This document shows positions 1-12,620 of a stretch of DNA of 64,000 nucleotides, one piece after another. Both the position numbers and the translations under genes were made by a program. Origin of the DNA: Camelus dromedarius (lineage: Eukaryota); contig NC_087437.1 in the NCBI RefSeq assembly GCF_036321535.1, positions 89,592,001-89,656,000 on the forward strand, written 5' to 3'. The first letter of the stretch is position 1; the number at the start of each line of letters is the position of its first letter. The notes under the pieces are model-generated. The model searched no databases. It had not been told where the DNA came from and was given only the letters and a program-made list of their open reading frames with translations.

Positions 1-179
1 AAAATATGAGTTTAATTCTTCTGTGACAGCCAGTTGTCCTCCATATTATTTCTTTCATCAATAGTTTTGTCACTTACCATAAACTAAATGTCTACCTATT
101 TTATGTGTTTCTGTATATTCCAGTCTATTCTCCATGAGGAGAAACTAGTATCGTAGTTTTAAAAATCATTTTCATGTCT

Positions 180-1750
180 TGGAGGAGAAAGCTTAGATCA
201 AGTTCAGAATATTTCTACAAGAAACAAAAATAAAATAAATTATTTATTAGGATTGTACTAATCTATAGATTTTTCTTTTATATAGTGCACATCCAGGAGC
301 ATGGTATGATTCTTCAATTATTTAAATATTTAGTGCATTTTAATAAGTTGTGTAGTTTTCTGATATAGGACCTGCATATTTTCATTAATGTTCTTCCCCA
401 TTTTTAAACAATATTTTTAATATTTAATATTTAGAAAAAATTAATATTGGTTTTGCAATATTTTTAAATGTTACTAATTTTTCATTAACTTTATGCCTTT
501 TTTATTCCCATTTTTTGTACTCTATTTTCTAAAGCATTATGTCTAGAATTTGTCAAGATTATATTTTTCATTTTTGTTTCCTGACCATCAAACTCCATTA
601 ATTTTCCTACTATTTTAAGTAGTATTTCAGTTGTTCCCTTAAGGTTTTTCTTTTCAATATTATATTTTCTTTTTTCTATTGCACTAGTGCTTTGTAAACA
701 ATAATGACAATTCATCCTGATTCTGATGATCTCAGAAATGCATCAGAAATATAAATGGACTTGCCACAATTCTCCTTTTGACACTAGTTGGTCTCTTTAC
801 TTATTTTAATATCTAGAGTTACTTTTATAGTTTTTATTTATTGGAAAGTTGATAGTAAAGGTATTTATCCTTTGATGATATAAAGCACACATCTTGTCAA
901 AAGAAAATTTCCTGATAGCAACATTCTTGAACCATGAATATCTAAGTAAGTATTATTTTGTTGTGAATAAACATTCAACTGGCTAAAGAAATCCCTGGTT
1001 TTTATCTTTTGACTAATAATAATAGAAACCAATTTGTCAATGTTTTGACAATTTGTTTTGCCTCCATTTCTTCCTAAATAGATCTAACATCATTCAGGTT
1101 TGTTTTGCCTCCTCTCCTTTAAAGAAAATCTTTAAAAATCATTCACGTTTTAAAGTGACTTACTTTTTCTGCATGATTGCTATTAGAAAATTTTGGTCTT
1201 CCTTTTTTTTTTTTTTTTTTTTTTGATATTTTAGCTGGATACATTTTGTAGTTTGTCTCTAGTCAGAATTTTGCTTCATTTGCAAACCTACTGTTTTATT
1301 AAAATCAGATTTAGTTCATTTGTCTTTTGGTTTATGCATTCTTATTTTCACTCTACTTTTGATTAACAATTATTCTTCTTTCTATTTTCTTTCTTGGAAA
1401 ATCCAATTACACACTGGTAGAGACTCCACATTTTATGTTTCATATATGTCATTCCCTCTTTCCTATTATTATAATCATTTTACTAGGTTATGTTTTGTTT
1501 TCATTGTACTTCCCAAGTTTATCATGTTTAGATGATTTGATTTTCTACCATAGATTTACCTTCTTATTTCTTCCAAAAGGATTTTGTTTTTGATTGTGAC
1601 TTTGGTTTAACTACACTTTCTATTTAATTCCACTTTGTGCTTATTTAGCAGATATTCTGAACAGTTTTATAAGATTGACAATAAAAAATGATAGCTTTAT
1701 AATATTTTCTTCATTTTATTATAATAATTCCATTTAAATGTCTGGGAAAA
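180..1750 (-). mobile_element. Highly degraded ancient L1 (L1M-type) ORF2 relic
   Basis: T-rich plus strand with L1-antisense-like segments, e.g. catccaggagcatggtatgattcttcaattatttaaat (~290-325). Boundaries approximate. Confidence 0.5.
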
Positions 1751-1999
1751 TGGTTTTCCTTGGAAAGCATATATTATTTCTCTTCTTTTATTGCAAACAT
1801 TTTTCATTGGCTGCAAATTGAAATTTTAAATTCTGTTTGCACATCTTTGCATTTTCTTTTCTTATTTTTATTCTTAATGTTGAGATGTTTTGAAGATGAA
1901 TTCTCTTTCCTGAGGTTGGTGTTTATTCCTGATAAGCTGTAATACTGCAGACCAATCCAGCTACAGAAACTGTCTTCATAGCAGATATACAAATCATGT

Positions 2000-2687
2000 G
2001 ACATCTATACGTAGTGGATGGATTGAAGAAAGAGCCGTGGGATGTAGACAATTATTGTGGAAAGATTTCATTGATTCATTAGACAGAAATGAGCACTGGA
2101 TAAAGGGAGAGGAAGGGGGAGGGAGCAACCCAGAAAATAACAGTAAGCCTACCCTCAGGATAAGGTGCTCCAAAACCTTTTACTTTCTCTAAATGAGGGC
2201 CAGCAAAGAAGCTGGCTAGAATCGAAAGCTATGGTTGCGCAGTAGAGAGAAGGACCTGAGTTAACTTGGCACAATGCTCATTATAATGTAATTAACATTG
2301 CAGTTTGAGCCCCATCCCATAGGTGACTCTGTGTACAAAATGAGTAAAAACATGCGTAAAAGAGATGGGTATGCCTGAGTACAAGGCCGTCAATCAATCA
2401 GCCTGAGCAGTCAATGAACACAGTAAGCTGTCAATAATCAGTCAAACATTAACATGCCCCCTAAGCAAGGATATAAGAACAGGAAAAACAAAGGGCAGCA
2501 CCATTTTTCCTCTCTTGGGCTGGCCCGCCCCCAATTCTCAGGGGTGTACTATATTTTACTACCTTTTTACTTTGCTAATAAATAAAATCTTCTGTTTTTA
2601 ATCAAGCTTTCTGTCTCTTGTTAAAAATTCATTTTTTCTGGGTGACAAAGAACTAAGGTAACTTTTATTTCCCTCCTCCTGGTAACA
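2000..2687 (+). mobile_element. Solo ERV1-type LTR (5' boundary uncertain)
   Basis: Higher GC than flanks, short U3 repeats (gcctgag..gtcaat), ATATAA at 2471-2476, AATAAA at 2577-2582 and 2581-2586, end ...cctggtaaCA at 2687. TSD not resolved. Confidence 0.7.
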
Positions 2688-3894
2688 ATTTCACATATTT
2701 TTCCCTAAAATCTTCACTTTCAAAATAAGAGTCTCAGACAACATGTAGACCACCCCCCACCCTGTTTTGTACAATTTATTTTTGTAAAAAGACAACTTGA
2801 TCTGTTAGAAGTTGTTTTAAATCAATTTAAATGTATCATATTCATCACTGAATATACTTTCCGAGTTTCAGATGCATATATATAGATGTAAATAGATAAA
2901 TATAAAACTTCCAGAGAAAGTAATCTATAACACATATTTATTTGACCCTACTCATGAATGTTCTGCATGTACTTTTATAATATATTAAGGAAACATTGCA
3001 ACCTTTACCTTTAATCTCATCAACAAAATAAGTCAACATACAGTCCCAGGATTTTTTAAGATTTCAGAGATAATATGGTTATACAGAATGCTTCTTTGCA
3101 TGTCTATTTTTAAACTAACATTTTTGGTTACGCTTTTTATGTTTCCCCATAACTGTTAGAAGTAAAAGCCTGTCCTTAATTTCTATTCTTAGCAACTACA
3201 ACAAGTGATTGAGGTTGAAGATCAGATAAGTACCACTTGAACAATGCAGAGATAATATGTAATTTAAATGGTTATGTCCCAGTGGGAATCTCTCATATAT
3301 CCTTTCTCTCATCCCTCTCCTACTGTCACAGTAATAAAAAGATAAGGTTCTTCCTCTGAAGGTTCTTTACAGATAGCTGAGTCTGCAGTATTATTCAGCA
3401 AATACACCAAGTGTCTTTAAAGACTATTATTCATCATCAAGCATTAGCCCATGACTTGCTGGAATTAGCCTGTTAACATGGAAGTGAGTAATTTCCAATA
3501 GATTTGGCAATATGTTAGAAATCTCTTCTACTTGACAATGCACAAAACATGAAGAATACTGCAGAATTAAAACTTTCTGAGCTTAACATCTTTTAGTCAG
3601 GGTTACTGGACTTTTAATAAAGAACTCCAAAGAGAAAATTATGTCAAATAATTTTTAGTATTAGTAATTTCTGATATTTAGAAAATCACCATATAGTTTT
3701 ATTTAAAATCTTAGTATAGAGAAGTCCTAAAATATATAATTCTGTCTCTGAAATCATTGCTGGGGATTTCTATTATCAAGTGCCTAGTCTATTATGTTTT
3801 GTCCCCATAAAATAAGAAGTGAAAACCCTAAAGAAAAATGATCTAGCTTTCTAGGATCATAGCCGGGATAAATCATAAACACTGCATAGGTTTT

Positions 3895-4053
3895 TTTTTT
3901 TTTTTGAGTGAAGGTAGATTTATTCAGAGAGATAAATTGAAAGGCAAGAGAAAGGCCATGAGGTGTAGGGGTTGGGTGCTCAGATTAAAAGTAGGTACAC
4001 ATTCCATAGACAGAATGTGGGCCATCTCCAAAGAGGGAGAAAGAGGGGCAGCC
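3895..4053 (-). mobile_element. Short polyadenylated retroposon derived from an ERV LTR R region, inserted by L1-type TPRT
   Basis: Plus strand T15 at 3891-3905; minus-strand AATAAA at 3919-3924, 13 nt from the tail. TSD aacactgcatag(g/a)tttt at 3878-3894 and 4054-4070, followed by AA (TTTT/AA). Confidence 0.85.
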
Positions 4054-5094
4054 AACACTGCATAGATTTTAATTTAAGAATTTGAATTATTTTACAATAT
4101 ATATTTCATTGCATATGATTTCCTACTTTAGTAAAATGGTAAGAATTGAAAATCGTTTTATGTAAATATTTTAAATTATGTTCTAAGATCATTTTTAAAA
4201 GAAAATGATTGTCCTTATGTATTAAAATGTATTTTCAAAGACAAATTTGCATTAACAATTATAATTTAAAAAAGATAAATCTCTAAGGACATGCACTATA
4301 CTAAGAATGCTAATTTGCTTATTTGTGAGGTTGATAAGAAATTTTTACTTATTTTTTACTGAAATCTAATAAAAACTATCTGCAAAACTTTCTATGTCAG
4401 AGTTCAGACTGCAGGTTCATTATCAACAGTTCAGTATCAATTCAGAAAAAAATGTGGAGTAGTGAATTAAATAATAGACTAAAAATTGCTAGTAAAGTTT
4501 GAGACTAAATTCAAGTTAAGAGAAATCTTTGGTAAATCTAGGAGTAGACTTCAATGTCAGTATCAAAAAAATAGAAGAGTAGGAAATTCTGGAATGAATA
4601 GAAGATTTTGTGAAGAGAATCAAGTACCTCTTATGCAAAACTCACCAACGTAATTTCCTAGTAACTCAGAGTCATGGAATATCAAGAGTTAAATAATCAA
4701 GAGAAGAGTAGAATAAGTTTAAGCCAAATATGATACTGGAATGTATGCAAAGAGCCACTTCAACAATAAAGCCTCTTATATTGATACTTTGCATTCATTT
4801 TGGAATTTATGGGGTTTTTTTAAGAAGTGATGGAAAACTCTCTTAGAAATTTCAGTTTAGCAATAAAATGGTTCCAAAATTGTGAAATTAAACTTACAAA
4901 AATACATGTAAAACTGGGCTTATCACCGTTAGAAACAGAAAGCATAGTTTTTCAAGTTTAGTTTCCTATATGTGATTCTGTATCACAATCAACTGATATT
5001 TAGCAATTCCAGTTAATTCCCTATTTGCTGGGAATTATATCCTTATATAGGATATTTAAGACCTTGGAAAGTAGGATTTTCTTTTCTAAGAAAT

Positions 5095-5490
5095 TGCTGT
5101 GGATGAATTATGTCCCCCTCAAAATTCATATGTTGAAGCTCTAACCCCAAATGTGATGGTATTTGGAGATGGGGCCTTTAGGAGAAAACTAAGTTTAAAT
5201 AAGGTCATGATGGTGGGGTCTTCATGATGAGATTAGTGCCCTCTTAAGAAAATATACTAGAGAGTAAGCTTTCTGTCTCTCTCTCTCTCTGTCTCTCAAT
5301 CTCTCTGTCATGTGAGGACACAGCTTGAAGGCAGCTATCTGCAAGCCAGGAAGAAAGCTTTCAACCAGAGCCCAGCAAAGCTGACACCCTGATCTTAGTC
5401 TTCCAGACTCCAGACTGTGAGAAATACATTTGTTGTGTAAGTCACTCGGTCTATGGTATTTTGTTATAGCAGCCTGAACTGACTAACACA
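5095..5490 (+). mobile_element. MLT1A-like MaLR solo LTR
   Basis: TGctgtggatgaattatgtccccctcaaaattcatatgttgaagc ... ttgttatagcagcctgaactgactaacaCA. 5-bp TSD gaaat/gaaac (5090-5094, 5491-5495). Confidence 0.9.
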
Positions 5491-5919
5491 GAAACTATAG
5501 TATGATATCTTTTATTTATTATCTCACTTGAATTATGTGAAAATTTAAGGCATTGAAAAATAGATTTGGGCAAGTCTGGATAATGTGTAATCGTCACCAG
5601 CTAATGGCCTGTAGACAAGCAGGCCCAAGACTGCCCAGATCAATTCCTTTTAGTGCAACTGTATTAGGTGCTGTAGTGAGTTAGACTGCAAACCCCTACC
5701 CTCTCTCTGCTCACACCCCAGTGTTTCGTAGTGGTTAAGATGTAGTGAGTGATGTCAAGAGCATCAGATGAAATCATTCCTGGGGTGAAACTATGTTGTA
5801 TTATGTACATATGTAGAAGGCAAATGGTAGAATGAAGCAGAAAAGTCAGTGAAAGTTTTTCAAGTGGAAGAAATTGCTCACGAAATCCTGGATTTACAGA
5901 TTGTTTACACCAAACCTTA

Positions 5920-6080
5920 AACCACTTAACTACTATCAGGTTGACTTTGGGCCAATTTCTTAACCTTCTCATCTGTAGAATGTGAAGACTTCTTATTTCC
6001 CAGGGTTGTTACTGTACATAAAGGGCTTAGAAGAATGTCTGACACACTGTAAGGTAAGCATTATCTAAATGTCAGTTATA
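5920..6080 (+). mobile_element. MIR SINE relic
   Basis: ccacttaactact..gactttgggccaatttcttaaccttctcatctgtagaatg..gggttgtt..gcttagaagaatgtctgacaca, MIR core and 3' motifs. Confidence 0.65.
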
Positions 6081-8523
6081 TGAGGGAAAGAAGTTGGAAA
6101 ATATAAACTGCTGTGTATAAAAACACAGCTTTCTTTTTTTTAATTTTTGATTTTTTAAAAGACTCTTTTAGGACTTTTACTCTCTGTGGTAATGGTGAAG
6201 CATCCTAAGTGTCTGAATATTTGAAAGACAAGGGACAGGAATAGCAGAAGATTTGTATAACATGAAATTGGATAAAATGAAACTTGTGGGAGTCTGATGA
6301 TGGGTGAGGATTAAATGAGAGAATAATTTATTTATTTAATCTGTGCCAGGTTCTGTATTATAAATGGCTTATTTTATTCAATCCATGTAAAGTGTTGACT
6401 CAGAAAATCAGAGTTATTATTAATATAAAGATTGATAAACTCTGAGACAGCCTGCTTAAGCAAGTTTTGGATTAATTTTTGAAAAGCTTTAAAAATAATT
6501 ATGAAAATTCATTTTTAAGATGTGCCAGATGACTCCTATTTTGAGAACAGGAGTTGGTTGAGAAAATATATTCTAGGGTTTTATCTTTTCACATAATTGT
6601 GTTCTCTTTTCTTCTGTCATGAAGAGGAATTCAATGCCCATCCCTGCTAAATGACCTCCTTGCTAGTGCTGTTTCTTCCTCCTGCAAAGACTTTCCTTCT
6701 TCCCTCTGGCTAGGCGAATTCCAAACCACAGTGACCCGTCTTTCCATGTCAATCAGCCATGATTATTTAATGCAAAAGTTTTTACTCTTGAATTAATTCA
6801 CTTACTCTGGTTTTATCTTCCCCCTAAAAACTATCTTCTTGAAGATAAAAGTTTTGTCTTAGACTTGCAATATAGTTGGAAAAGCACTTTTACACTGATC
6901 TTAGAAACAACCAAACTGAGTGAATCAATTCTTATGCTGAATTCCAGACAGAACTTGGATCTTTAGATACCAATTTGCTGTGCTGAACAGTGGATGGCTA
7001 CTCCTTCATGGTATGAAATTATTTAATTATAATAATATTGTTACTATCTAAATAGTTTAGAAATTAGTGCTAAGTAAAAATGACTCATCTAGATTTGTAC
7101 TTAATGCTTCAGATAATTTGATTCTAACATTAAATTAGAATATTTTTATGTACTTAAGATTCAACTTTCCCCTCTTTAAATAGAGTAATGCTTCAGGAAG
7201 AGGGTCACTATGGCAAAACATTAGAAGTAGTTATACATAATTTATGCAGAAAAAATATATGTCCTTTGGCAGTATATGACATTGGCAACGTCCCTGGAGA
7301 GAAATAAGTCACTATGTTCACTTAAGGGTCATCTATTATCTTTTAATTTTATGTACAATTACTGTTTCTGACAAAAACCTTTAAAACAATCCCTAAAGGA
7401 TAGAAAACATGAAAATATATTGTTCCTTGTGTGTATGCAGTGACTTACACATAAATTTTACTATAAACAATGTATACAGGGACTCTAAATCAAAGGTCCT
7501 AAATTAATGCTACATCATACAACAGGTTTTCATATAAAAGGAAAAAAAATCCCAGCAAGCCCACCACTTAGCCTTTCCTCTCAAGAGTGTATTTATTGTA
7601 CCATAAATTTGTTTTACATCAATCTCATAGGCAGCAAACGCCACCGTATGTTTCCAGGTATTAATGGCACATAGATTCTTATTCAGAAAGATTTTGACAC
7701 TAATTATAAAATCACTGTTTTGTTTGTGTTGCTTTGAATTTGGTGTTTCAAGGTTGTTTAGCTTAGAGATATAATCAATTTATAAAGCATTTCAGCAAGT
7801 GAAGTGTGACTGTCATAGACACGAAAGTGAAGTGTTGCTGCATCCTACACTAATTTCATGCATTGAGCTACAGATTTTCTCTTCTGAGAATGATCCCCTC
7901 TCAAGATCTACTCATCATTTGTGATGACTTACAGGTTTTCCAATTACCTAACAATTGCCTTTACTAACTTATATTTCTAAACGGTTAATAAAGGGCTAGG
8001 CCCAAACAAAGTTTATACTTGGATAAGATACTCCATTTGTCCTTGAGAACAAACATTTAAGCAGAAGATTTCTCTTAAAAAGATATTTAGATTTTTGGAT
8101 AAAGTAGGTTCTAGCAGAATTCTCTTCATTTCACTGATCTTTCTTTCTCTGGAGAACTCAGGGTCATATTTCCTTGATTACTTCAAATGAGGAAAAGTTT
8201 CAGCTCTGATGAATTTGAACATTCCAGAGAGCACTCTCAATCAGCACAGTAACATAGCTCTTAGGGCCAGGGCCCTTCACGAAATGCTTCACCTCCTCGT
8301 TAGCACTGATATCCAAAAGGGGAGAGAACTTGCCAGATTACCTGCTTGATAACATGAAGGGTGTGGGAGAGAAGAATGGTTTTTAAGGTTATCTATGTGA
8401 TCAAAGTGAGAATAACATAAGTTTTGGGGGTACCCATGGGTTATTTGCTGCTTGGAAAAGTCAGCTATATTCTCAGTTAGACAATGACAGAGAGTGTAAT
8501 TTACCTGCATTAAATAACAGTCT

Positions 8524-8662
8524 CAATATAAGGGTGGAGGGGTGAGAGGTACAAACTATTGGGTGTAAGAGATGTACTTACAACATGGAAAAGTAGAGCC
8601 AATATTTTGTAGTAACTGTAAATGCAAAGTAACCTTTAAAATTGCATAAAAATAAATGAAAA
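8524..8662 (+). mobile_element. 5'-truncated L1 3' end (cetartiodactyl-type 3'UTR)
   Basis: gggtggaggggtgagaggtacaaactattgggtgtaaga..gccaatattttgtagtaactgtaaatg..aacctttaaaattgcataaaaataaa; G-rich tract plus A-rich tail. Confidence 0.75.
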
Positions 8663-10049
8663 GGCAATTGCTCTTTAAGATCAGAGAAGATCTAAAATAG
8701 TATCACACTCAGAACCGTAAGACCCAACTACTAGTCTCAGTCTGACCTTCTAAGAGTTTCAGTTTTTACATCTATAAATAAGGATATACACCTGCTCTGC
8801 CTTCCTCAAAGAGTTATTGTTGAAATCAGTTTATATGGAATCTGTGCATATAAGTCACATCTAATAGGTATTCAAGAAATACAATGTGAGTAAAATAATC
8901 AGCTTTATACAGATAGAGACCATAAACAAATTTGTATTTTGTAGTTTTACATTGTTTTTTTCAGGAAATAATATACTCAAATTCATTCTACAGTGTCCAA
9001 TTTCTTTTCTGTTTCTGTGATTTGTAGAAGCTGCTGTTTTTTATTCTATTGCCTTGTGTCTTTCTAACTTGGAACTTTTCTGCCTTCAATGTCAACAATA
9101 CCTAACTCTGCACATCACTGGTCTCAGTCTACACACATAAAATGAATAAATGGGAACAACTATTAAGAAGAATACAAATGACTAGTTTATGACATTGCCA
9201 TATTTCTTTTTTGGCATTGTACTCTTACAAATTGAAGAGTATGAATTAAAATATTTTAAAGCAGACTAGGGGCTAAATAAATTATATGCAATGATTTCTG
9301 CAAAAGAGTAAAGTTTTGACTTAAGCCCATTTCTTCTTAAACCAAACTAAAAAAAAAAAAAAAAGACAGCTGACCTGATAATAATTGCATTAAATATGCT
9401 TCCAGGGGAAACAACAATAATAGGACAGATTTATTTTTTAAATACTTATAAAATATATAGAATAAATGTTTGACAATGAAAGTATAATGTTCAACATTAT
9501 TCTAAAATATTCAGTCTGTACCAACTGTTTATGATGTCTGTCCATATGCAGAAATTCTTGAGATGGAAGAATAAACATTTAAAATGGTGGGGAAGGATCA
9601 CTTGTATAAACAGGTTTATTTTTTATGGGCCAATACACCAGAAACACAATACTATCTCTACTAAAAAAATTTGTTTTATAAACCAGTCATCATTGAAATG
9701 TGTACTATCAATATCAACAGTCAATTCAATCAAACAAATTGCATGGTATTATCATTTCTGAATTGATTATTCTGGTGATAATTATTATAGTCATATTGAC
9801 TGTGTTCATATATGTTTTTAAAACCACGATGAATGGTCACTGAACCGGTTCCACAGTTACAATAATGAAAATATTCAGAAGAATATAATTTACATGTTCT
9901 CTTTATACACCATTTAGGAAAGGCATCACATACGATAGTGAAAGGCTTGTGCACATTTTAAATACTAAAACCTTAAGCTTATTGGATTATTACTCTATTT
10001 TTAAAATATACTAAATTACATTTAAATAGAAAATAAATCTCTCCTGTCC

Positions 10050-10240
10050 TTCCCTTACTGGTCCTTTATACACTAGCTGTGTGATCAATAACCTCTCTCT
10101 GCCTCATATAAAGTCTATATAACATAGGATAATAGTATGAATCACAGAGAACTTTTGTGTAAATCATATGAAGTAATAAATATAAAGGTCTTAGTACAAC
10201 ACCTGTCCCATAAAAGATAATAATCATCACTAATATTTAT
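10050..10240 (+). mobile_element. MIR SINE relic
   Basis: cactagctgtgtgatc..aacctctctctgcctca..ataggataatagta..tataaaggtcttagtacaacacctg. Confidence 0.5.
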
Positions 10241-12399
10241 TAAAACCATAATTACTTTAATTACATTTGTTAAATTAATATTAACTAATTTTATCCATAA
10301 GTTAATATTATCACATAGTGTTTTCATAACAAATATAGTGGATTTTACTGTAAATTTTTAATAATTTTTTATTATAACTTAGGTATCAAGCTCCAAACTG
10401 AAAACAGAACCTAATGCAAGATGAATTAGACTGGTGTAAAATTATTTTCACAGGAGAAGTGCTATCAAGAGACTAGATCATGACTAATGTGTATTGCAAA
10501 GTAGCTACCTGACTTAACAGATGCCTAAACAGAAATGTTCTTCTGAACAACTTTCCCACATTTCAGAAGGGATTCCTCTCTCGAGATTCTTTGCTCTATG
10601 TGTTGTATTCTCTTCTGAGATCATTCCACGAGGAAATGAGAAATGAGATGTCAAGAAGGAAGTGTCACTGAATTTCCTCCTCACCCCATACTCCAGAATT
10701 TAATTTCCAAAATGGCCAAAGCTGTAAATGATGGCTAGATTTAGCAAGATCACAAATAAATCTACCTAGGCCCAAAAGGTAATGAAGAGAGGTATGTTTA
10801 GAGTTCAAATTACTGACTTACAAACAAAATTCAGTCTCTTAATTTAATTGATGAATTATAGTAAAGAAATGCAGTAGGATATTTCACATGCTGTATTATA
10901 AAAAGCAATTCAGAATGTCACTTACTATTCTTGGATCTATTGCATAGACTTACTTAACCAAATATAGGAAGAATTTTGGGTGAAGGTTATACCAAACTCT
11001 TTTAACATGAATTCTGAGGAAAATATTACTGTAAAACTTCAGTGTAGTTAACTCTTGATCTACCTCCATTGTACATAATTTATATATTTAATACCTATGT
11101 GGAGCTGCTTTATCCTTAATCATTAATAGTTTAATTAAAAAAAAGATTATTAGCTTACAGATCTAGACACTGATATAATGACAGAAATAATTGTGTAAAT
11201 GTTTGTGAGTTTGAAATAAACTCCATTGTTCCCAAAACGAATGAAAAAGTCTGCACAAAACATATCATGCTTAAGTTATGATAATGCTTTCAATTTAAGC
11301 ATACATGAAATTTGCATATTTATGAATTAATGGAATGTGATTTTTTAAATTTAAGAAATAAGTATGCAAAAATGCAACTAACTAAACCTGTAACAAATTC
11401 TTTAGAGAAAACTGACTTAAATATTAATGAGTAGCAGATATACCTATAAAATAATTCTGCCCTTACAAGTTAATATGAAGTATGAGTATATGTAAAATTT
11501 TGTTCTACATCATTGTTAAAATTCACTGGGCCTAAATTCTTGTTATGCATAAAGTGTAATTATTCATTTTAAAAATTATTACACAGCACATTATAGTCTA
11601 AAAATACAAATGAAAAGACCTAACTAAAAGCTCTGAGATGCATTCACTAAGGTCATTCAAAATAGACTGAAGAAAAATTTGAACGGCAATATTTAAATAC
11701 CTGTACTCTATATTCTAAACTATGCCATACAGTCATAAGAGTCATTTCCTAAAACCTTTTTGAAGTGGTACTTAATACCTAAGAATGTTTTAGAATTTCA
11801 ATGACAGAGCCTTGTATCTTTCCTCTACTTAAGCAATATACATACCATTTAGAGGAGGAGATTAGGTCCTTCATAAATATCATTAAATATATAACCAAAG
11901 ATAAATCATATTCTAATTGTGAGTTGAAACCTAATGTAGTCATAATCATACTTGCAAATTTAGCATAATTGTTTCAGTTTTTATAATAAATGAAATGTTG
12001 CTTCATTCCTTTCTTTCCCTTTTCTCCCACCTCCACACAAAATCACTTTTTCTGCATTCTTTCCTAGAATCTGTCATTCACCAAGAGTTCAAACGGCCTT
12101 GCAAGATAACACATCAAGAAACTAACCAAGAACTAAGTTACTTTCTCAAGGTCATATGGTAAGACTACAGACAGCTCAGTACCAGAAGTGTTAATATCCA
12201 CTTTTCCATTTTGCTTGCTGACTTGCAAGTGTTTGCTTTTTTAAGTATATAAAAAAAAAATTTAAGTATATAGAATCCATAAGTTTTTTTGTTGCTGTAA
12301 GTACAAAATAGGGGAAAAAATGAGCCTTAAAACAATTCTTTACAAAGATACCATAAAAATGTGACACTAAGTGAATCATAGTTCCAATTAAATCTTATA

Positions 12400-12620
12400 A
12401 TCCAAGAGGCTCAGACTGGATTCAATCAAGTATGGATTGAATGACTCTGAACAATTTATTTTACTCTCATTGAGCCTTGGTTTATGCTTTTATAAAATGT
12501 TATCTTTACTGATCATCTGTCTTTAGCATTTTTGTGAAGGTGAAATGAGATTTGACATGGGAAGTTCTTAGCATGGTGCCCAGCACAGTAGATGGTCAAT
12601 ATATGTTATTTTTGTTTATA
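12400..12620 (+). mobile_element. MIR SINE relic
   Basis: cagactggattcaatc..actctcattgagccttggttt..tataaaatg..gtgaaggtgaaatgaga..cttagcatggtgcccagcacagtag. Confidence 0.65.

Noticed and set aside
1203..1224. T22 run as a possible retroposon tail
   Set aside because: No element body or TSD identified next to it; treated as a simple homopolymer.
9500..9960. Stop-poor region with ORFs on both strands, considered as an endogenous viral or transposase fragment
   Set aside because: Manual translation of several frames gave no recognisable motif. BLASTX would be needed; nothing supports a call.
12146..12154. TCAAGGTCA nuclear-receptor motif
   Set aside because: Context resembles the MIR core (aagttact..caaggtca), so it is probably repeat-derived.
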